From: Eledone cirrhosa
Taxonomy: Eukaryota
Assembly (NCBI GenBank): GCA_964016885.1
Contig: OZ024740.1
Span: 64,728,001-64,792,000, forward strand
Length of the DNA stretch: 64,000 bases
Reading direction: 5' to 3'
The notes beneath the pieces were generated by a model. That model had not been told where the DNA came from, ran no database searches, and saw only the letters and a list, made by a program, of their open reading frames with translations. The position numbers and the translations under genes are program-made. Each line of letters opens with the position of its first letter. Positions within the stretch are counted from its first letter, which is position 1. This document shows, in pieces, positions 54,009-64,000 of this stretch.

Positions 54009-56821
54009 ATGCCCAACCTGAGATCCTTTCTCCACCAACTCCACAATCGCCTCAAACTTTTCCTCACCCCCCTTCTTCCACCCTGCTATCTCCCCTCCGC
54101 CCTTCAACTCTCCTACCTTCTCTTCGCCAAAACCCGGCACTCCAGCCACATCCATTTCCTCAGCCACTGCCTCCGCCTCCACCTTATCCCCCTCGGCTTC
54201 CGTCTACACTTCCACCCTTCCCCCGCTGCTTCCCCCTCCACGCAACGTATCCTCACCCGATCCTCACGCCTTCTGATGCGCAACTCCATCCGCGTCTCCC
54301 GTTCCACCCTCCGCCTACTTGACCACCAACTGAACCCCACCCTCCTCCGCCTTTATTCCACCTGCCACCCCCTCCTCGCCCAAGCCATCCTCTCCTTCAT
54401 CCACAACCTCAACCACAACCTCTTCTCGTTCCTCAGCTCCACCAAAGCCCGCAAGCTACACTCACTCCCCCCCCATCCACCACCACCCGCCCATCCCCAT
54501 ACGCCCACCACTCTCTACCTCTCCCCCGACCCACACCCCTACCCAATCTCCACCCTCCACCTCACCCCTCACCACACCCTACCTTCCCTCCCCAAACACC
54601 CAAACCCCACCCCTTGTTGTCACCATACCCCCTGACTTCCCCCTCTCCGCACCTGAGCGCTCACTCCTTAGTAGAGGCCTTCGCTTCATACCCCACACTC
54701 CGCTCAGCGACGAGTTCCGCACCCGAACCGAAGTCGAGCGATTCGTGCGACGCACTAAGCTACAGGCACTTTTCAGCCGAACGCCACCGGCTCCGGACGC
54801 CCCAGACCCGTTTCTCGCCCTGGGCCGACGACCATCTTCTTGGACGCCTGCCCCAGGGCAATTTAGCACCCTGGACGCCTTCGTCGATGCCAGCCGTAGC
54901 GCAGTAAATCGTTTCGACTTCCGCCACCGTTCCAAATGGCACAACATCTCACGGGGCGAACTCCTCGCTCTCCGCTCCCTCCGTAGCCGAGATGACATCG
55001 TCATGAAACCGGCGGACAAGGGAGGCGCCGTGGTGGTATGGCGCGCGGACCTCTACACGGCCGAAGCCCTCAGGCAGCTCTGTAACCCCCTCTTTTACCG
55101 CCCTCTACCTTCCGATCCCACCCCCTCTACCAACAACAAGTCTCCTCCACCATCAAAGACCTTATCGCCTCCTCCCTCCTCCCCCCCACCGCTTCACACC
55201 TCATCGTCCGCACCCCCCGCACTCCCCGCACCCCCACCATCTACTTCCTCCCCAAACTCCACAAACCCGACAACCCCGGCCGCCCCATCGTCTCCGCTTG
55301 CAACTGCCCCACCGAACTCATCTCGGCCTTTCTCGACTCCCTCCTCGCCCCCCTTGTCACCACCCTCCCCTCCCACATCTCCGACACCAACCACGCCCTG
55401 CGCCTTTTCGACTCCTTCACCTACCTACCCGGCCCTCAGCCATTCCTCTTCACCCTAGACATCAAGTCCCTCTATACCGTCATCCCCACGCCGACGGCCT
55501 TCACGCCCTCAAACACTACCTCGACCTTCGCCCCTCCCCCATTCCCTCCACCCCCACCCTCCTTCGCCTCGCCGAGCTGCTCCTCACCCTAAATTGTTTC
55601 TCCTTCTCGGGTGAGTTTTACCAACAGGTCACGGGGGTAGCCATGGGCACAAGAATGGGCCCGAACTATGCCAACCTTTTTGTTGGCCATGTTGAGGCCC
55701 AAATCTTTGCCCAGTACACCGGCCCCACGCCCGAACTGTACGGTCGTTACATTGACGACTGTATCGGAGCCACGACCCTCACCCGAGTACAGCTCGACTC
55801 CTTTCTCTCCTTCTTCTGCTCCTTCCACCCCTCCCTCCACTTCACCACCTCTATCTCCACCACCCACGTCCACTTCTTAGACATCTCCGTCGCCTTCGAC
55901 CCCTCCCACCACTCCCTCGTCACCTCCGCCTTCTTCAAACCCACCGACTCCCACTCTTACCTTGACTTCACCTCTTCCCACCCCACCCACACTAAACTCT
56001 CCATTCCCTACTCCCAACTTCTCAGGATCCGCCGCCTCTGTAGCCGTGATGCTGACTTCGAGTCCCAGGCCCTTTCCCTAGTCAGCCATTTCATCCGCAG
56101 AGGTTACCCCCCCTCTCTCGTCTACACCGCTCTCACCCGCGCCCGTGCTATCCCCCGCTCCACCACCCTCACCCCACGCCACCGCACACCCACCCACCGT
56201 CTCTCCTTCCCCATCACCTACCACACCTCCACCTTACCCCTCCACCGCACCATCTGCCGCCTCTTCCGACGCCTCCAGTCCGACCCCTCCATCTCCCACA
56301 TCTTCCCAACCCCACCACTCCCCTCCTTTAAACGCGCACGCAATCTCCGCACCCTCCTCGTCCACAGCTCCCTACCCCCAACCCACGCTCCGGTTCCCCC
56401 CCCCGGTTCCTTCCCCTGTTCTAGGCCCCGCTGCAACACCTGTCCCCACATCACCAACACCACCACCTTCCAGGGTCCCAACGCCCACTCTCTCTCGGTC
56501 CGGCATGCCTTCCGCTGCACCTCCTCCAACCTAGTCTACGGACTTCGTTGCACGGAGTGCAGTGCGACTTATGTCGGACAGACGGGACGTCGCCTGGCGG
56601 ACCGAGTCACGGAGCACCTCCGGAATATTCGTCTCGGGGGCAGTTCCCCTATCGCCCGCGACTTTGGTGGCCCTGGACACTCCGCACGCCATCTCACTGT
56701 CTGTGGCCTACTCCAGTGCCACGGAACACCCGCCCATCGCCTTACGGTCGAACAACGCACTATCTTCATCTTACAGACCCACACTCCCTCCGGCCTGAAC
56801 TCCCCACCCTTATTCCTTTAG
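54009..56821 (+). pseudogene. Neptune-like RT-GIY-YIG ORF with three frameshifts (~54610, ~55130, ~55480)
   Basis: FLSHCLRLHLIP, LLSRGLRFIP, KPADKGGAVVVW, YFLPKLHK..GRPIVS, LDIKSLYT (A), QVTGVAMG (B'), RYIDD (C), FLDI, KPTD, SSHP, CSRPRCNTC, NLVYGLRCTEC..YVGQTGRRLADRVTEH, PSGLN. Confidence 0.94.
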
Positions 56822-58184
56822 CGTTCGACCTCCCCCTCCCCCCACACTTATCCCCCACTAACACCACTAACACACCCCTCCTTTTCACCGCCCACCCCAC
56901 ACTAACAATAATACTTACACCTCCACTCCCCCCCTCATCTGACCACCCTTCCCCAACTAACATACTAACATCCCCTCCCTCCCCCCTTCTCACCCTCCCC
57001 CCTCCTTATCATACGCACACACGCACCCACTTACACCACCCACCCCATACGCAACTAACATCACTAACACCCCCCAACCCCACGCACACGAACCCACACA
57101 CCCTCGTACGCCACCAACTCTACGCACCCTACCACCACTAACCCCCACTCACACCTGCATTCCACCCCTCCCCACCTCCCGTATACTAACACCCACTAAC
57201 ACCTCTTCACCAAACTACACACACACCAGTACACCACACTCCCTCCATAGAACTACATACACCCTTCTCTCCCCGCTCCACACTCACTCATCCCACTAAC
57301 ACCCCTACTAATACACACACACACACACACACACGCTCCTCACTCCAACTCTCACACCTACCCATCCTCGCCTCCCTACCATTCCGCCGACTGCTGCTAT
57401 GCCCTTCCGACCACCTCTCAGCACCAACTGACCACAGCACTCCCACTGCTGACCACTCATTGTTGCGCGCGCACTCCACATCTCTCCTCTTCCGACCACC
57501 GCTTCTTGGATTACCCACACGCGAAATTGACTTCTAACCAAAATCTCCAAACATCCGTGGAACTTACCAACTTTTCAACCATCCTCTTACACCATCACCT
57601 ATATAACTCACCCACACACACACACCCCCAAAAAAATTTGTTTTATCCACACGCCACCCACACCCACAACACGCTTAAACCACACACACGTGGTTTCCAC
57701 CACATATTTACACCCTCAGCCTCCTGATTCCTCTCCCCCCACCCCCCTATCCACACACGCACAGACACTCCGACCCACAAAAACACCCCCACACACACCT
57801 TCCTGAACATGCAACCCCGTTCTTCCGCCAACCCTCACTTTCACATACACACATACACACACACGCACACCTAACCACACACACCACCTTCAGCCCTCCC
57901 CGCTCGGACACCCCGTCTCCCTCTCCCCACTCCACCCGCCACCACCCCTACTCACCCCACACCCTTCCACCACCTGTTTACCCCCCTTTTAATTTCAGTT
58001 TATTTTGATCATGCCTTTATTTTAAAATTTTCTCATTCCTTGTATTTTGATCATGCTTTATTTTTATTTATTATATTTTTTGTCTTTATTTGTTAATTTT
58101 TCATTCGCACCGTTTCCTTTCGCTATATGTCTCTCCACCACTCCCCTACACACCTTTTGAACTCTGTTCCCACACACTTCTCAC

Positions 58185-58215
58185 CTGAAGAAGGGCTTAT
58201 GCCCGAAACGTCGTC
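58185..58215 (+). ncRNA. Minimal hammerhead-like motif, 3' pLTR
   Basis: Identical to 53467-53497. Confidence 0.6.
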
Positions 58216-58300
58216 CCCCACCTACCCTCCACTCTCCTGAGCGTGAATTTAATAAACATTTATTGTACTGCCTCTCTGTTCTGTCCCTGTTCAATTTTTC

Positions 58301-58388
<88 letters not shown>

Positions 58389-58577
58389 AATATATATATA
58401 TATACATATGTAATGCGCCACCTCCTGTGGCTCATTACATAACATACCTGTCAAATATGGGGGCGATGTAATTGAATTTTCCATTTTCATATATACTCGA
58501 TTATTACCTAAATTAGAAACCCTATACAAATGCATAAATATATATATAATGTTATATACTCACACACTCACACACAT

Positions 58578-58632
<55 letters not shown>

Positions 58633-58633
58633 T

Positions 58634-58680
<47 letters not shown>

Positions 58681-58684
<4 letters not shown>

Positions 58685-58854
58685 AAGGAGTAGGACCCCG
58701 TTTCGACGGTTAATTCTGAGTCCAGAATTAGCCGTCGAAACGGCTTGAGCTTAGCCGTCGGGGTCCTACTCGTTCCTATTACCCACCTACTACCCTAAGT
58801 ATTGAGTACTTTGGTGCGTTATAGTCCACCTGGTTCCTTACCAAATTGCCTCCG

Positions 58855-58857
<3 letters not shown>
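58681..58857 (+). repeat. Family X copy with fold-back 5' end
   Basis: GTTTCGACGGTTAATTCTG-AGTC-CAGAATTAGCCGTCGAAAC hairpin; GAGTAGGACCCC/GGGGTCCTACTC are inverted; flanked by (TA)n. Confidence 0.82.
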
Positions 58858-58893
<36 letters not shown>

Positions 58894-58947
58894 TATATGT
58901 CCACATTTATGAATTTGCCCGCCAATAACCCGTTGTTATTTCCCAAC

Positions 58948-59131
58948 GGCGGTGGATTGGTAGTATCGGTAGAAGGTCGGACGCCATGCTTTCCAGCATA
59001 GTTACGTCCCTTTACGATCTGAGTTCAAATCCCGCCGAGGTTGACTTTGCCTTTCATCCTTACGGGGTCGATAAAATAAAGTACCAGTAATGCACCGGGT
59101 AATTGCTGGCCTTGTGCCTAAAGTAGAAACA
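58948..59131 (+). mobile_element. tRNA-derived SINE, full length, possible TSD
   Basis: Near-identical to the reverse complement of 26290-26469. GTTATTTCCC occurs at 58935-58944 and 59132-59141. Confidence 0.9.
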
Positions 59132-59211
59132 GTTATTTCCCTTGTTGGGAAAAAGCTGTGATAGATGAAGCATTGACCGCTGCTACCAGCAGTGGCCTAC
59201 TGCTTCTTCTT

Positions 59212-59322
59212 GTACGGGTGAAATGCAAATTTAACCTTCACGAGATTTGAACTAAAAGGGCCATAATTCTATGCAGCAAAGCATTGTGTCTGATGCTCTA
59301 CCGATACTGCTAATCCACCGCC
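59212..59322 (-). mobile_element. Degenerate SINE 5' half
   Basis: GATTTGAACT..CTCTACCGATACTGCTAATCCACCGCC. Confidence 0.7.
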
Positions 59323-60593
59323 TTTACTTGCAACAATGTGGTTTGGTATTCATTGAAGCTGATATAAAGACATGGCAATCAGAGTGGGAATATCAATGAT
59401 CTGAGGAATTAGCACAGACCGTGGAATTAACATTGTGAACGATAACAGAAACATTCTCATTTGTGTGTACATTTAAATCTAATCTATAGATAGATACACG
59501 TAGGTAGACACACACAGAACCGCATACTGGCTGGGAGATGGATCTTCCGTAAGTTTACATCCAGAGTATTTAGTTCAATGAAGTTAACTAATTACTCGTG
59601 AATGCATGCATGGCTCAGAATTTAAAAACATGTAAATATTTAATGCATACTCCAGCTTAATCAGTGTAGTGTAATTTGTAAATGTTGGCCTTTTAAATAC
59701 AAGCATGAACTATTATATGGGTTTCTAGATAGTTTCTGGTTACTTAATTTCCTCCATTGAAACCGAGGCTGTTGAAAACCATGATAGGTAGTGTGAACGA
59801 ACATGGAAATTGTTGGTAAAGAAATATAATTTAGAACCCATCCGTCAGAATTGCACCGACAAACGCAAAAACACGAGAAAGAATGATTGAAAGTCCGAAT
59901 GAGATACTCACACTTTATAGATAATCAGGTATTTAAATGATCGGAAAACGTATGTGCCTTAAATTAGCGCTTCGATAATTAGAGAGAGATAAACATGGAA
60001 AAACACTGAAAGAAATACATGTGTAGATATGATTAAGTTAAACCTTAAAATATGTGTTACAGTGTGTCAGTATTCCTATAGCATACATTCCTGTAAGCAG
60101 TAAATGTATAATAGAGTCAAATATATATACAAGCAGAAATATCACTGTAAAATTGTATATATAAAGTGTCCTTAAAATACCGGTACGACCAGTATGAATA
60201 CACACAAACACGCACACACACCACACACCGCACCACGTACACACACACCCACACCACGTACACACACATACACACCACACACCACACACACACATACACA
60301 CACATACACACATACACCAATATTGAATGCGGGAGAGAAAGTGAAACCAAGATAGAATGTCATTTTGTATACTTATTGAATTCATATTTAGCTTTTAGGA
60401 TTGATATAGTTTTATTTATATTTCGCTAATAAAAAATAAATCAAACGCACTTACAAAGTTAATCTCTTAACGGAATTTAATTCTATATATGACATTAATG
60501 TAAATCAAACAAAATTCTTTCCTCCCCAGATATTATATGTAGAAACAATGCACCGGTATGTATGTATGTATGTATATATATATATATATATAT

Positions 60594-60706
<113 letters not shown>

Positions 60707-60805
60707 TAAATTTGAAGACAAAATCCAAAGAGGGCTCGATAAGGATAAATATATATCAAATATATAAGAACCGTAGAGCAATTATTTATTAAAATAACAG
60801 ATTAA

Positions 60806-60856
60806 AGTTTAAGCAAAGAATCGCTGCTTTCACCCTTAACGGGATCTTCTGAAACT
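60806..60856 (-). ncRNA. Variant hammerhead motif (CAGAAGA core)
   Basis: Reverse complement of 62780-62830. Confidence 0.6.
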
Positions 60857-62141
60857 AACAAAGTCAATCTGTAAACGCAGAACTGGATATTTCAAAAAAC
60901 GTCGCAACCGGAGGAAGACAGGAAGACGATACTTTGGTTCGTGGTAACGTTCGCTGGCTAAGAACGGGAAAAAACGAATATAATACGTCATTAATAGGAG
61001 CGGTGAAAAACAATTACGCGCAAAGACAGAACCACGTTTATGGTATAAAAGAGGTCGTAGACTAATGTTCTCTTAGGTGGTTCATAGAGACGTTCTCTGG
61101 CAATGAACGAAAAAAACGAAGATAATACGTCATATGTGGACCATGGAGAACAATAGCACGCAAAGACAAAACCACGTAAATGGTATAGCAGAAGTCGTAG
61201 ACTAAAGTTCTAACTAGGAGACCGAATGAATCTCCGCTTCAGAGTAAAGAACAAAGTAAATAAATACAATACAGAAGTAATAGAAATAAATAAATACATA
61301 CACGCAAACAAATACGTACATACATAAGCATACGCAAAACACTTACCATAGGTATACAAAATCACGCACATATAAATATGTGTGTGTGTGTATGCGTGTA
61401 TACAAATAAATAAGTAATTATGTAAACGTATATAAATAAATAACAAGCGCACACACATACCTACATGTAAATACACGAATGTTCGGAGACGTAAGTCCAC
61501 CAAAACATGAAGTACACATATACACACACCCTACATACGTACGAACATGCATACTCACACAGACGCAAAATGCCCGTATACACATAGCCAAACCATATGT
61601 ACCAGAATATATAAAATTATACGCCATAACATAAACAATCAAATATACGTACGAGAAGGTATCCGTACCTTCACAAAACATACGGGTAAATAATACTTAC
61701 CTATGCAAATAAGTAATGGTATAAACAAAACATATACTCAAAACATATACTTAGCTCCCACATCAAGACGTAAAATATCCACGTATACATCGTACTATCC
61801 GTTAGGGTATAACGTGGGGCTGTAATACAGGAAAAGTTTTGTGCAATTTATGTTTACAAGCCTAAAATGCCGAATTTTTTTTATATATTCTGGTACATAT
61901 GGTTTGGCTATGTGTATACGGGAGTTTTGCGTCTGTGTGAGTATGCAGGTTCGTACGTATGTAGGGTGTGTGTATGTGTACTTCATGTTTTTGGTGGACT
62001 TACGTCTCCGAACATACGTGTATTTACAGGTAGGTATTTGTGTGCGCTTGTTTCTACGAACAAAAGTATCGTCTTCCTGTCTTCCTCCGGTTGCGACGTT
62101 TTTTGAAATATCCACTTCTGCGTTTACAGATTGACTTTGTT

Positions 62142-62192
62142 AGTTTCAGAAGATCCCGTTAAGGGTGAAAGCAGCGATTCTTTGCTTAAACT
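62142..62192 (+). ncRNA. Variant hammerhead motif (CAGAAGA core)
   Basis: AGUUU-CAGAAGA-U CCC GUUAA GGG U-GAAA-GCA GCGAUUCUU UGC-UU/AAACU. Confidence 0.6.
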
Positions 62193-62779
62193 TTAATTTA
62201 TTTATATACGTTTATATAATTATTTATTTATTTGTATACACGCATACACACACACACATATTTATATGTGCGTAGTTTTGTATACCTATGGTAAGTGTTT
62301 TTCGTATGCTTGTGTATGTACGTATTTGTTTGCGTGTATGTATTTATTTATTTCTATTACTTCTGTATTGTATTTATTTACTTTTTTCTTAACTCTGAAG
62401 CGGAGATTCATTCGGTCTCCTAGTTAGAATTTTAGTCTACGACTTCTGCTATACCTTTTACGTGGTTTTGTCTTTGCGTGGTATTGTTCTCCACACTCCA
62501 CATATGACGTATTATCTTCGTTTTTTTGTTCATTGCCAGAGAACGTCTCTATGAACCACCTAAGAGAACATTAGTCTACGACCTCTTTTATGCCATAAAG
62601 GTGGTTCTGACTTTGCGCGTAATTGTTTTTCACCGCTCCTATTAATAACGTATTATATTCGTTTTTTCCCGTTCTTTGCCAGCGAACGTTTCTACGAACA
62701 AAAGTATCGTCTTCCTGTCTTCCTCCGGTTGCGACGTTTTTTGAAATATCCACTTCTGCGTTTACAGATTGACTTTGTT

Positions 62780-62830
62780 AGTTTCAGAAGATCCCGTTAA
62801 GGGTGAAAGCAGCGATTCTTTGCTTAAACT
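62780..62830 (+). ncRNA. Variant hammerhead motif (CAGAAGA core)
   Basis: Same as 62142-62192; stem I is extended by ACAGAUUGA/UUAAUCUGU. Confidence 0.6.
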
Positions 62831-62846
62831 TTAATCTGTTATTTTA

Positions 62847-62892
<46 letters not shown>

Positions 62893-62896
<4 letters not shown>

Positions 62897-63537
62897 GGAA
62901 ACAATGAAACGAAATTTCATTCCTCACTCTTAGTACGGCTGTTACTTAAATATAAGTATGTATACGTACATTCATATATGTATACAGACGTACAGTAGTA
63001 TGTGTATATATATATACATACATACACACATATATATATGTACGTATGGATTCACTGAACATTTATTATAATGCTCGGTGTGTTTGTAAATAAACATCGC
63101 GAATTAAGCCGTACAGTGTCTAGAAACCATCGTTGCTCATTTGTTCAACACTGACAAAGGAACGCTGTACTAGTTTCAAGCTTATTAGCTACCGTGAGCA
63201 ACGTATACCTTTCTGCCAGATGATTGAACGTCTGAAAGTATATACTTTCCTTATGCATATTAACGGCTGAGCAGCCTAATTTGCATATCGAGTGAGTTAA
63301 TCGGCCGGGGTACCGAAAACGATAAACGTAAAAAATGAAACGAAATTTCATTTCTCACTCTTAGTACGGCTGTTACTTAAATATAAGTATGTATACGTAC
63401 ATACATATATGTATACAGACGTACAGTAGTATGTATATATATATATATACATACATGCACACATATATATATGTACGTATGGATTCACCGAACATTTATT
63501 ATAATGCTCGGTGTGTTTGTAAACAAACATCCCGAAC
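62893..63537 (-). mobile_element. Second tandem array of the 426-bp family; hammerhead core mutated (CUCACGG) at 63163-63203
   Basis: Reverse complement match to 46860-47438 (mirror ORFs 47034..47246+ and 63145..63351-). Confidence 0.85.
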
Positions 63538-64000
63538 TAAGTCACACAGGTATTACTAAATATTTAATAGACATACTATAAAATTAAAGTATTCAATCAC
63601 CAGTAATTTAGCGCAGAATATGAACAGAATTAATAATAGAAACTTAAAACCTAACCAGAATACCAGTAATAACACCACCAATATTCAACTGAATAATACG
63701 GCACATAGAAACTCAAATTTTGATAAATGTAACTGTAGAAATAAATCTAACTGTCCCTTAAATAACAATTGTTTAGTTAAAAATATAGTATATAATTGTA
63801 ATGTAAAAACTAATTTAAATTCATTTTATTATGTAGGCTCTACTCCCACAGATTTTAAGTCTCGTTTTAATAACCATAAATGCTCTTTTACGAATATAAA
63901 TAAAACATCTTCAACTTCTCTATCTAATTCACTATGGGACCTAAAATCAAAGAACACTAACTATTCTTTACTTTGGAATATTATCTCCAAATCTCATCCA
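63530..64000 (+). pseudogene. 5'-truncated third Hydra-like PLE (linker + GIY-YIG), runs off window
   Basis: Manual translation: HRYY*IFNRHTIKLKYS...KCNCRNKSNCPLNNNCLVKNIVYNCNVKT..YYVGSTPTDFKSRFNNHKCSF..SLSNSLWDLK..LLWNIISKSHP, homologous to the 19138 ORF C-terminus. Confidence 0.9.

Larger units (their letters stand above)
52894..58305 (+). mobile_element. Full-length Neptune-like PLE with ~700-bp direct pLTRs
   Basis: 52894-53590 is repeated at 57601-58305; the 3' end runs into (TA)n; extreme C-richness of the sense strand. Confidence 0.93.
60786..62851. mobile_element. Large inverted pair of an ORF-less pLTR-like family with three CAGAAGA hammerhead-like motifs
   Basis: 60786-61617 is inverted against 61879-62851; the right arm has an extra ~145-bp copy of the ribozyme-bearing segment (~62051-62197). 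Confidence 0.82.

Overview
Eukaryotic (animal) repeat-dominated genomic DNA. It is very AT-rich and saturated with (TA)n/(CA)n microsatellites, and it carries a tRNA-head SINE of the type I recognise from octopod cephalopods (taxon is an inference). Almost all long ORFs in the supplied track are microsatellite artefacts. The real coding content is Penelope-like retroelements (PLEs; RT plus C-terminal GIY-YIG endonuclease) of at least four types: (i) a near-intact Hydra-clade-like element in an inverted + partial-tandem array (12459-24035, ORF 19065/19138-21507); (ii) a frameshifted minus-strand element whose RT has an unusually long insertion between motifs A and B' (8191-12420); (iii) a C-rich Neptune-like element with both pseudo-LTRs (52894-58305); (iv) further degraded copies (47483-50217, 63530-64000, ~34390-34900). 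Reading both strands, I find about 13 distinct families of type I hammerhead-ribozyme (HHR) motifs. Several lie in small ORF-less tandem or partial-tandem units (310, 426, 649, 657 bp) that look like retrozymes or non-autonomous PLE parasites. Many share non-canonical features: a U.U, C.A or A.A mismatch at the base of stem II, a CAGAAGA core, or a ~115-nt stem II. Fold-back inversions repeatedly break at or next to HHR hairpins. No host gene could be identified with confidence; there are only weak candidate minus-strand exons around 40.7-44.9 kb.
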